Origin: Octopus sinensis
Lineage: Eukaryota
Reading direction: 5' to 3'
Length of the DNA stretch: 11,114 nucleotides
Assembly (NCBI RefSeq): GCF_006345805.1
Contig: NW_021827050.1
Coordinates: forward strand, 1 to 11,114
Each line of letters opens with the position of its first letter. Position 1 is the stretch's first letter. Below are positions 1 through 8,156 of this stretch, in pieces. The notes under the pieces were generated by a model, which was not told where the DNA came from, made no database searches, and saw only the letters and a list, made by a program, of their open reading frames with translations. The position numbers and the translations under genes are program-made.

Positions 1-204
1 CTTCTGCAAACGCTAATGGTTTAAATACAGGAAGAAATTTTAGCAGAAGAACACTGTTTAACATTTAATCAAACTGAAATTACACGCTTTTCCCTCCTTG
101 TTTGGTGAAACTCGTCTATCGTAGTAAATACGATAGTTGTTCGTAGCAGTAGTTTACAACTCGCTTGTTACGGCCAAATATTATACTCACTTACATGTAT
201 ATTA

Positions 205-351
205 ATTTCAAATTCTGGCACAAGGCCAGCAACTTCGGGGAAGGGGCTCAGTCGATTACATCGACCCCAGTGTTCAACTCGTACTTGTTTTATCGAGCGA
301 ACCCGTAGGATGAAATCAAAGTTAACCTCAGCGACTTTTGAACTCGGAACG
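205..351 (-). mobile_element. 5'-truncated tRNA-derived SINE (family A, the GGCGGCGAGCTGGCAG-headed octopus-type SINE)
   Basis: Reverse complement reads GAGTTCAAAAGTCGCTGAGGTTAACTTTGATTTCATCC...GATAAAACAAGTAC...CACTGGGGTCGATGTAATCGACT...GGCCTTGTGCCAGAATTTGAAAT, colinear with the full copies at 4969-5208 and 9753-9978. Confidence 0.85.
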
Positions 352-359
352 CATATACG

Positions 360-421
360 TATATATATATTATAATATATAATGATATATATATATATAT
401 ATATAATATATATTATATAAT

Positions 422-469
<48 letters not shown>
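360..469. repeat. (TA)n microsatellite, imperfect
   Basis: Read directly from the sequence. Confidence 0.97.
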
Positions 470-472
<3 letters not shown>

Positions 473-616
473 CGTGGTCCACCCACCCCCCGCCGGAGCC
501 TTGTGGAGCTTAGGTGTTTTTGCTCAATAAACACTCACAATATTCGGTCTGGGGATCGAAACCGCGTTCTTACGACCGCGAGTTCGCTGCCCCAACCACT
601 GGGCCATTGCGCCTCC
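467..616 (-). mobile_element. tRNA(Arg)-like SINE 5' portion (family C, resembles octopus OR-type SINEs)
   Basis: Minus strand: GGAGGCGCAATGGCCCAGTGG (A box)...GAACTCGCGG (TCG at the anticodon position)...GGTTTCGATCCC (B box), then a non-tRNA body GTGTTTATTGAGCAAAAACACCTAAGCTCCAC. It ends in the (TA)n tract. The family name is from recall. Confidence 0.8.
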
Positions 617-971
617 ACTTTACTGTTACGCGCACCAATAGTGCTGTTTGTGAAACCCATTTTCTCACCCTGTAAACAACGAGTGTATGACGCATGTGTT
701 TATTGTACTTGAAAGATGTATGTAGTCTTGCAGCGTATCCTGTGCATACATTCTAGTAATGGTGATGTAGAACCCACCAACAGATGTGTGGTACTCGCTA
801 TTAAATGGTGTTTTACTATAAGCACCGAACATTCCATTATAAGCATAAAGCATTCCACCTATAGAGCTAGACTACAGTAAGGTAGCCGCCCAATTTTGTA
901 ACTGTAATTTCTACTAACAGGATAATACGGTACCTTGACCCACAAATGTTATCCTGTTGTTCGTGAAATAC

Positions 972-1077
972 TAGGGTCGACTTTTATACTGGGGTCTATG
1001 GAAAATTCCCAATTTTTGGGCCTAAAATAGGGTGTCGACTCTTACATGAGATCGATTATTACCCGAGTATATAGGAT
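972..1077 (+). mobile_element. Degenerate 3' end of a Tc1/mariner-superfamily (pogo/Tc2-like) non-autonomous element
   Basis: Three decayed copies of a GTCGACTTATAC-like subterminal motif (gtcgacttttatac, gtcgactcttac, atcgattattac) end in CCCGAGTATATAGGATA. This resembles the recalled ...GACTTATACxCGAGTATATACGG|TA terminus of such MITEs. No matching left TIR seen. Confidence 0.5.
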
Positions 1078-1118
1078 ATACATATACACGTATTATTAAG
1101 TTAGAAGCAGGTTAAACT

Positions 1119-1218
1119 GGCATATGGCCTAGTGGTTAAGAGTGCGGGCTACTAACCCCAAGATTCCGAGTTCGTTTCCAGGCAGTGACCAGAATAATGA
1201 TGAAAATAATAATAATAA
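1119..1218 (+). mobile_element. Short tRNA-derived SINE (family D) with (AAT)n tail and 11-bp TSD
   Basis: A box TGGCCTAGTGG, anticodon-like arm GGG-CTACTAA-CCC, B box GAGTTCGTTTCC, tail AATAATGATGAAAATAATAATAATAA. Flanked by CAGGTTAAACT (1108-1118) and CAGTTTAAACT (1219-1229), 10/11 identical. Confidence 0.8.
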
Positions 1219-1292
1219 CAGTTTAAACTAGTTTTTAAAACATGCAATCTGAAAGAATTTTGCGATGCATTTTTCATGTTTATCTTATAACT

Positions 1293-1317
1293 TATATATA
1301 TATATATATATATATTA
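1293..1317. repeat. (TA)n microsatellite
   Basis: Read directly from the sequence. Confidence 0.9.
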
Positions 1318-1541
1318 TACTTGCTTCAGTCAGACTGCGGCCAAGCTGGGGCACCGCCTTGAAGAACTTTTAGTAGAATGAATCGACCACTGTACTTACT
1401 TTTCTAAAGCTTTGTACTTATTCTGTCATTCTCTTTTTGCCGAAGCGATGAGTTACGGGGACGTAAACACACCAACACCGGTTGCCAAGCGGCTTTAGAC
1501 AAACACATACACAAACAAAGATACACACACGTATGTGTATG

Positions 1542-1574
<33 letters not shown>

Positions 1575-1736
1575 GATGGGCTTCTTTCAGTTTCCGTCGA
1601 CTAAATCCTCTCGCAAGGCCTTGGTCAGCCCGAAACTATAGTAGAAGACACTTGCTCAAGGTGCCACGCAGTGGGACTGATCTCGGAATCATGTGTTTGC
1701 GAAGCAAATTTCTTAACACACAGCTACGCCTGCGCC
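1318..1736 (-). mobile_element. Full-length SINE (family B, GGCGCAGG head, internal CA/TA microsatellite, CAGCATGGCCGCAGTC-type tail)
   Basis: Minus strand starts GGCGCAGGCGTAGCTGTGTGTTAAG...GAGATCAGTCCCACTGCGTGGCACCTTGAGCAAGTGTCTTCTACTATAG (tRNA-like head and CORE-like block). It has an internal microsatellite at about 1502-1573 and ends GGCGGTGCCCCAGCTTGGCCGCAGTCTGACTGAAGCAAGTA. Colinear with the copies at 4383-5362. Confidence 0.88.
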
Positions 1737-2196
1737 GATTTTTATTAATTTATTTTTATAAATAATTCCTTTTAGTTTACAAAATGTACAGATTTAAGAA
1801 GAAGAACTATTCTCTCACACATCGTGAAAATAATTGCATCCTGCCCTAAGGACTTATATTGCTGTGATAATCATCTCTGAGATGTAGCGTTATTGGTCGA
1901 AATGTTTCCTTTGTATATGACGAGAAAGCTTTCTTATTATCGGAGTTATCTTGAAGGAATTGGTTTGCGAGTTGTCAACATGATTATAGTACAACAGACA
2001 CTATGACTGCTTGTGAATCGCCCACATCTTATTACAGAACAGTCCTGTCTGTCAATCTGAGCAGCTGTGATCTCATAGAAATTTTTCTTTCATAAAAGAA
2101 CAATCTGTAAAAATCGTATCAAGCTGCAGTCAGCGACTACAATGAATACCGGGTTTATTTTATTGTACCTATGTTAGCACTAACTTAACCAATATA

Positions 2197-2330
2197 TTGG
2201 CTTCAAAGTTTGGCACAAGGTCAGCAATTTCCGGGGAGGGTGTTTGTCGATTACGTCGACCCCAGTGTTCAACTGGTAAACTGGTATTTATTTTATCGAT
2301 CCCAAAAGATGAAAGGCAAAGTCGACCTCG
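2197..2330 (-). mobile_element. 3' fragment of family A SINE
   Basis: Plus strand TGGCACAAGGTCAGCAATTT...GTCGATTACGTCGACCCCAGTG...GATGAAAGGCAAAGTCGACCTCG matches the other family A copies. Contains a small internal duplication AACTGGTA-AACTGGTA. Confidence 0.85.
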
Positions 2331-2534
2331 TCATTAACAAACGATGTGTGGATGATATTAATTTTATTCTGTTCTGTATATCCCAGCATGTAACCTCGGC
2401 ACTTCGTCAGCAGGGCTAACAAGTGGTCCACTGCCAGTACTAACAATATTAGGGATAAATTATCATTCTGGAATATGACCGTTGATAATCTAATTCTATT
2501 TGTAACCCTAGGTGTTGCTTTAGTAATTGTCAGC

Positions 2535-2960
2535 CAGCGCTGGATTAACCATTAAGCAAAATAAGCACATGCTTAGGGCATCAAGGGAAGGAGGGGGCAC
2601 CACAGCAATGGTAAATGGTTTACGACACAAATGAAATCACTTTAAACTTGCTGAAATAAAATTCAGGATGCCTTTGTCTCTACTAAGTATAGATGCAGAT
2701 GTGTTACCTAAGATTAATTTTGAGGATCTGATCAAGGACTTTGCAATTCAAAAAAGTAGGAGGAAATTTTTCAAATATAAATAAAGTGGAATTATGCAAA
2801 AATAAACATTATTTTCCTTCTTAATGTTTTATTTCGTTTTGAAAAATAAAAATTTATTTTCTGGTTTGTTATTGTTTATACTTTGAATTACATAATCTTT
2901 TATGGGGTACCAAAATCTTTTTAAGTGCTTAGGGCCTCGATGGGTCTTAATCCGACCCTG
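2535..2960 (+). mobile_element. Internally deleted hAT DNA transposon (Tip100/ZMYM1-like)
   Basis: Left end CAGCGCTGGATTAA versus reverse complement of right end CAGGGTCGGATTAA (11/14). The 8-bp flanks TTGTCAGC and TTGCCAAA match 5/8 (decayed TSD). Subterminal GCTTAGGGC occurs near both ends, and there is an internal transposase remnant. Confidence 0.82.
2674..2784 (+). pseudogene. hAT transposase C-terminal (dimerisation-region) remnant
   Basis: Translates to LSLLSIDADVLPKINFEDLIKDFAIQKSRRKFFKYK*, matching the typical C-terminus LxLLSIExxxxxxIdFddiIxdFAxxKxRK of Tip100/ZMYM1/P52rIPK-like hAT transposases. Confidence 0.85.
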
Positions 2961-3046
2961 TTGCCAAATGTGTGGGCCCTGTTGTGGTCAGTCTTTCAGT
3001 GGCATTCACTGCAGCAGCTGGTATTTTGGCAGAGTGTGTATGTGTG

Positions 3047-3047
3047 G

Positions 3048-3085
<38 letters not shown>

Positions 3086-3094
3086 TATATTATA
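3047..3094. repeat. (TA)n microsatellite
   Basis: Read directly from the sequence. Confidence 0.92.
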
Positions 3095-3230
3095 TGAAAA
3101 ACAATTCAAGATAGAAAATGCTAAAATAATTTTATAAAGAACATTTCAGTACCGGTTTCTGTCATTTGAGACCTTTTCAACTGTAACAATAAAATAATTA
3201 AATAATTAAATTAGAAAAATTAAAAGAAAA
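3095..3230 (-). mobile_element. Possible Penelope-like element terminal-repeat remnant with degenerate hammerhead-like core
   Basis: Minus strand at 3145-3187 reads CAG-TTGAAAA-GGTC-TCAAAT-GACA-GAAACCGGTA-CTG. This is the CUGAnGA / stem II / GAAA-CCGG-UH layout of Penelope minimal hammerheads, but with core mutations. Confidence 0.4.
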
Positions 3231-3336
3231 GTTTTTTTAAAAGAATATTATTTGTATAGCGTTCAAATATAAGTGGCATTTTCTTTGTTTCTGCTTTTCT
3301 GTCTCTCTTGTTTACACTGTGGGTTCGAGGTCGTTG

Positions 3337-3343
3337 TATATAT

Positions 3344-3383
<40 letters not shown>
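3337..3383. repeat. (TA)n microsatellite
   Basis: Read directly from the sequence. Confidence 0.92.
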
Positions 3384-3387
<4 letters not shown>

Positions 3388-3479
3388 CTTGAAATGATCG
3401 CGGTTGAATGTCATTGAGCAACACAAAGAGAAAGTGGTAACCAAGTGAGCAGAATCGAAAACTGTTATTTTCGACAAGA

Positions 3480-3754
3480 CACGACGATCATGTGACCCAA
3501 GTTCAAAAATCCGTCCATTGTAATGTCGTCACCTTAATTCGTAAAGCATAAACTATCTCAGCCCGCGTTCCAACAGGCAGACGAGACAAGATATAAGAGA
3601 AACTCTAGATTTCTCCCGAAGCCTTTGTTCTCCACCGGAAGTGAACAAGACAGAATAAGACGCCGCTGATAGTAGTAGTAGTAGTAGTAGTAGTAGTGAA
3701 CCAAATTTTCATATGAATATATCTTTAAATAAACCGGTAAAGTAAGTTTACCGG
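3480..3754 (+). promoter_or_regulatory. Candidate CpG-retaining promoter / first-exon region
   Basis: Apparently non-repeat sequence with many CpGs, E-box/M-box TCATGTGAC (3488-3496), ETS-type site ACCGGAAGTG (3634-3643) and donor-like AAA|GTAAGT (3742-3747). Motif evidence only. Confidence 0.3.
3670..3696. repeat. (TAG)9 microsatellite
   Basis: Nine perfect TAG units. Confidence 0.95.
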
Positions 3755-3763
3755 ATGACTGCA

Positions 3764-3782
3764 AAATAATAATAAAAAAATG

Positions 3783-3843
<61 letters not shown>

Positions 3844-4007
3844 GATAATAATAATAATGATAATAAAATAATAATAATAATAATAATAATAATATAATAA
3901 TAATGATGATGATGATAATAATAATAATAACAATAATATAATAATATAATAATAATAATAAGATGATGATGATGTCATAATAATAATAAAATAATAATAA
4001 CAATAAC

Positions 4008-4071
<64 letters not shown>
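3764..4071. repeat. Compound (AAT)n microsatellite with (GAT)n, AAC and (AAAT)n blocks
   Basis: Read directly from the sequence; explains ORFs 3725..4009 and 3748..4149. Confidence 0.97.
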
Positions 4072-4072
<1 letters not shown>

Positions 4073-4155
4073 GGAAAAAAAGGCGTCCGTCGTTTTGAAT
4101 CAATGTATTCCATTGTTAAACTGGTTTTAATAATATGAAAGTAATCCACGTAATT

Positions 4156-4185
4156 GTGTGTATGCGTGCGTAAGTGCGTAAGTGC

Positions 4186-4233
<48 letters not shown>
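4156..4233. repeat. (GT)n microsatellite with degenerate left edge
   Basis: Read directly from the sequence. Confidence 0.93.
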
Positions 4234-4235
<2 letters not shown>

Positions 4236-4491
4236 TTTTGTGGGAAAAAGAATGTCAAGCTGACCTCAAAAGGTGGAGCTGACAGACATGACAGTGTATA
4301 ACAATGCGTAGCCCTCCCTGTCTGCCCTCAACCCCACCCCACCCCAACCCCCCAAAAAACAGGTTAAACTTTTGAAGTGTATTCTTTTAGTCTTTCACTC
4401 TTTTACGTGTTTCAGTCATTAGACTGCGGCCCATGCTGGGGCACCGCCTTGAAGAATTTTTAGACGAATGAATAGACCCCAGTACTTATTT

Positions 4492-4837
4492 ACTCTTTAC
4501 TCTTTTACTCTTTTACTTGTTTCAGTCATTTGACTGCGGTCATGCTAGAGCACCGCCTTTAGTCGAGCAAATCGACCCCGGGACTTATTCTTGTAAGCCC
4601 AGTACTTATTTTTTATCGATCTCTTTGCCGACCACTGAGTTACGGACATAAACACAACACAGCATCGGTTTGTCAAGCGATGTTGGGGGACAATACAGAC
4701 CCACAACATTACACAACACCCTTATATATATATATATATATATATACATATATACGACAGGCTTCTTTCAGTTCCGTCTACCAAATCCACTCACAAGCAT
4801 TGGTCGGCCCGGGGCTATAGCAGAAAAACTTGCCCAA
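4492..4837 (-). mobile_element. 5'-truncated family B SINE nested in another family B copy
   Basis: Has its own (TAAAAGAG)n tail (ACTCTTTT repeats at about 4492-4515) and a second TTCAGTCATTTGACTGCGG block, with internal (TA)n. It stops at ACTTGCCCAA, before the tRNA head. Flanks TACTTATTT / TATTATTT look like a short degenerate TSD. Confidence 0.82.
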
Positions 4838-4913
4838 TATTATTTTTTAAATTTTAAACCTGTACTTATCCTATCGGTGTCGCTTTTGCCGAACCGCTTG
4901 CTTACAAGAACGT

Positions 4914-4949
<36 letters not shown>

Positions 4950-4968
4950 AGGGCTTCTTTCAGTTTCT

Positions 4969-5208
4969 TACTTCTTATTTCTTTACTGCCCACAAGGGGT
5001 TACACACAGAGCAGACAAACAAGGACAGACAAACGGATTAAGTCGATTATATTGACCCCAGTGCGTAACTGGTACTTTATTTATCGACCCCGAAAGGATG
5101 AAAGGCAAAGTCGACCTCGGCGGAATTTGAACTCAGAACGTAGCGGCAGACGAAATACCGCAAAGGATTTCGCCCGGCGTGCTAACGCTTCTGCCAGCTC
5201 GCCGCCTC
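4969..5208 (-). mobile_element. Full-length family A SINE with perfect 12-bp TSD, nested in family B SINE
   Basis: Head AGGCGGCGAGCTGGCAGAAGCGTTAGCACGCCGGGCGAAAT, B box GAGTTCAAATTCC, tail ...CCCCTTGTGGGCAGTAAAGAAATAAG. CTTTCAGTTTCT is duplicated at 4957-4968 and 5209-5220. Confidence 0.92.
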
Positions 5209-5437
5209 CTTTCAGTTTCTGTCTACCAAATCCACTCACAAGGCTTCGGCCGGACCGAGGCTATTGTAGAAGACACTTACCCAAGGTGCTACGCAGTGGG
5301 TCTAAGTCCGGAACCATGCGGTTGGCAAGCAAGCTTCTTACCACAGAGCTATACCTGCGCCTATATAAACATCAATTAGATATGGTGATAGTATTATCAA
5401 ATGCAAACAGAACCCAACAGTTACTTGACCTTCAAGA

Positions 5438-5793
5438 ACGGACAACGTCATTATAAAAGAGTTGGACACCAAGCATATTGAGATTATCGCTCTTGGCTTA
5501 AGGGAGTACGAGTTGGTAATAGGATTCAAAACCAACCAGGTAAAGACAAGGGCCTAAAGCTCGGCATCTTAAGAGACAGGTGTAAGGGGTTCAACTGTGC
5601 CGTGGCATACTAGACAGACGGGCCAGTTAAAATACTTGCGGTCTGGTTTGATCCAGATTTTTCGGTGGAATCGAACTAGGACAAGGTGATGAGCATGGAA
5701 ATTAATCTCATCAAGAAATGGACTCAGAGGAAGCTCACCCCCTTATTGTATTATTTCCTGTTCGTCGTCCCTTGCCCCAGTCACCAACTATTA
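5438..5793 (+). pseudogene. Decayed non-LTR retrotransposon reverse transcriptase (L1/Tx1-like)
   Basis: TDNVIIKELDTKHIEIIALGLREYELVIGFKTNQVKT (decayed YADD block, then a YExxxGxKxNxxK motif), a frameshift near 5549, then *TDGPVKILAVWFDPDFSVESN*DKVMSMEINLIKKWTQRKLTPLLYYFLFVVPCP. The latter matches the VKILGvxF...NW.KV...W..R.LS and YxLxVvPxP motifs of L1/Tx1 ORF2. Confidence 0.82.
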
Positions 5794-6034
5794 CCGGTAA
5801 CTGGGGCCATGTTCTGCTTTCGTTGCCGCCGATATTCCCTGTAGGTTTTCAAAGAAGGTATTGAAGTCCTTGCTGCGATTCACCTGCCATTCGTCCTGAG
5901 TTCAACAGACCAGTGTTGTCCAGAAGGTTGGAAGGTAGACACTGAACTGTGACATTCAACGAAGGGATTCTAGTCACTTAGGAGGTGGCTAAAAATTGTG
6001 GTAAAGAAGTGTGAGGTATGAGAGGGCGATGCAA

Positions 6035-6096
<62 letters not shown>
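6035..6096. repeat. (GA)n microsatellite
   Basis: Read directly from the sequence; explains ORF 6011..6193. Confidence 0.96.
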
Positions 6097-6098
<2 letters not shown>

Positions 6099-6149
6099 TG
6101 AAGAAACGGAATTGGATTGGGGATGTGAGCAGGTTTACACTAATGTTTC

Positions 6150-6540
6150 TTTCTAATTGTGGCACAAGGCCAGCAATTTTATGGGTGAAGTAAGTCGATT
6201 ACGTCATCCCCAGTGCATAACTGGTACTTATTTAATCGACCCCGAAAGGATGAAAGGCAAAGTCGACCTCGGTGGTGGAATTTGAACTCAGAACGTAACA
6301 GCAGACGAAATACCTATTTCTTTACTACCCACAAGGAGCTAAACACAGAAGGGACAAACAAGGACAGACAAACGGATTAGGTCAATTATAAGAGTGCGTA
6401 GCTGGTACTCATTTAATCGACCCCGAAAGGATGAAAGGCAAGTCAACCTCGGCAGAATTTGAACTCTGAACGTAACGGCAAACGAAATACTGCTAAGCAT
6501 GTCGTCCGGCGTGCTAACGTTTCTGCCAGTTCGCCGCCTT
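6150..6540 (-). mobile_element. Head-to-tail dimer of family A SINE (full unit 6314-6540, head-truncated unit about 6150-6313)
   Basis: Two copies of TCGACCCCGAAAGGATGAAAGGCAA..GTC.ACCTCGG...AATTTGAACTC.GAACGTAAC.GCA.ACGAAATAC on the plus strand. The head AAGGCGGCGAACTGGCAGAAACGTTAGCAC is at 6540. The two units have different 3' tails. Confidence 0.9.
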
Positions 6541-6544
6541 ATGG

Positions 6545-6780
6545 TTGCTCGCTGTCGACCGTTTCTGCCTTCATCAGCCTCCTCAGATGGTAAAGAATCG
6601 AAAGAAATGCCGGCACGCATTTTGCAGGTTCGCACCAATGTTAGTATAATTTTTGAATCACTCTATATATTCCGGTCTCGACTAAAGGTGTTTCTTGTTT
6701 CAGTGAAAAAATTGGTGCTTATAATATCTAATATCGCCTTATAAATATTTCGTATCAGATAAGCGGTAGGATACGGAAAT
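6545..6780 (-). mobile_element. Possible Penelope-like terminal remnant with hammerhead-like core
   Basis: Minus strand 6590-6555 reads CCAT-CTGAGGA-GGC-TGATGAAG-GCA-GAAACGGTCG. It has the CUGAnGA and GAAA..GUC cores, but stems I and II are poor. The extent of the element is a guess. Confidence 0.35.
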
Positions 6781-6829
6781 GAAAATGTTTGTTCTTGTTT
6801 TTTAAAATTTCAAACTGGATTGAAACTTC

Positions 6830-7076
6830 CTATAAAATCTAAAAGAAAAGAAAAGTCTAAATAAACAAAATGAAAACTATAAAGTAAAATAAAAATTACA
6901 TACGTATATAGAATACAAAATATGAGATAAAAAAACAAAGAAACAAAAAATGCACATTTTCATTTTTACAAAGTAAAAAATTAAAATAAAAAAAATGAAA
7001 TAAAAAATAGAAATTATAAAATAGAAATAAAAATTATAAAATAGAAAATAAAAAATATAACATAAATAAAAAATAA
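6830..7076. repeat. A-rich low-complexity tract with short imperfect AAATTATAAAATAGAAA repeats
   Basis: Read directly from the sequence. Confidence 0.8.
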
Positions 7077-7184
7077 TTTTCCTAAGTAGTAGTTAGAGAA
7101 TCTCTACAAATGAAAAAGTAATGCTTACATCTACCCATGCGAAGAGTAGGTGGAAGTGGAGGCTTTCATTCTTTCTGACTCGTA

Positions 7185-7186
<2 letters not shown>

Positions 7187-7257
<71 letters not shown>
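7187..7257. repeat. (TA)n microsatellite
   Basis: Read directly from the sequence. Confidence 0.95.
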
Positions 7258-7261
<4 letters not shown>

Positions 7262-7719
7262 CTTATATACAGGGTGCGATGCGTAAATTTTATATTTTTT
7301 ATTTCAGCATGTGCATTGTGTGTTTGTGACTTTTTGCTGACAACATAGTATAGTAGGGTTAGTTGGGCAATGTGAGAAAAACATCATCATGACGCAATTT
7401 ACTCTGCCAGAAATTTGGAAACGATATGTGCTGTTACTGCGTGGCATTTGCGCCGGAAGCTCCAATACGAATATTTCAGAGTGTTTGGGTGTCACTCTCA
7501 GGGCAGTTCAATCTGAGTACAGATGCCGGGAGTGATAAAAATTAAACATCCAGTCAACATCATGATGTTTGGAGTGATCACTAGTGATGGCGACGTTATG
7601 CTTCCGTTCATCTTCCCATACAGCCTCAGACTCAACACAGAGGCCTACATCAAGTGCCTGGAGGAGGTAGTGCAGCCCTGGGTCAGAAGACCCTATGTCA
7701 GGTAACAGGACTCTACACA

Positions 7720-8156
7720 GGATCTTTTCGGTTTGAACGGCAGTTTTTAACATAATTTCTATGTAACTAAAATTTTTTTAACTTCGTATACTTGTAGAAT
7801 GTGTTTATAAAACATCTTTTTCTCTTGGCTTTATTGAGAAAATTCTATATAGTTTGTAAGATATTTGTTGTTTTTTTCTTCAATTTCTGCAATTTCAACC
7901 AATCAATGACGTCTATTGAGGTAAAAAACATTCTGTGCCGTATGAATATGCCCCTCGTTTAAGAAACAGATTGGGTTTATTTACATTTGTGAAGAAAAAA
8001 TATACCCTTCTCCCCACCCCTAATCCTAACCCTAACCCTAACTAACCCTAACCTTAAACAGATTGAAATGAAATAGATCGATACTAGGGTCTAATTATGG
8101 GTGACAATTTCATATGACACCGCTAGAAAAAACTGCCGTTCAAACCGAAAAGATCC
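7720..8156. mobile_element. 437-bp MITE with perfect 29-bp TIRs and 8-9-bp TSD (Merlin- or Mutator-like)
   Basis: GGATCTTTTCGGTTTGAACGGCAGTTTTT at 7720-7748 and its exact reverse complement at 8128-8156. Flanks are CTCTACACA (7711-7719) and CTCTACACC (8157-8165). Removing the element restores GAC TCT ACA CCA TGC (DSTPC). Confidence 0.95.
8018..8055 (-). repeat. Interstitial telomere-like (TTAGGG)n, about 6 imperfect units, inside the MITE
   Basis: Plus strand CCCTAA TCCTAA CCCTAA CCCTAA CTAA CCCTAA CCTT. Confidence 0.9.

Larger units (their letters stand above)
4383..5362 (-). mobile_element. Family B SINE split into three pieces (about 4383-4491, 4838-4968, 5209-5362) by two nested SINE insertions
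   Basis: The pieces join into one copy colinear with 1318-1736: tail TTCAGTCATTAGACTGCGG...CCCCAGTACTTATT, middle GTACTTATCCTATCGG...(CA)n...GGGCTTCTTTCAGTTTCT, head GTCTACCAAATCCACTCAC...CCTGCGCCT. Confidence 0.85.

Noticed and set aside
540-1190. Functional tRNA genes at about 540-616 and 1119-1190
   Set aside because: A and B boxes are present, but the acceptor stems do not pair properly and each continues into a SINE body or a tail with TSD.
1810-2115. Possible minus-strand exon after an ATTTTTACAG acceptor near 2105
   Set aside because: All three frames stop within about 25 codons and no recognisable protein results.
5795-5995. Moderately GC-rich stretch after the RT remnant
   Set aside because: It may be an inverted retroelement piece, but the frames I translated gave no recognisable motif.
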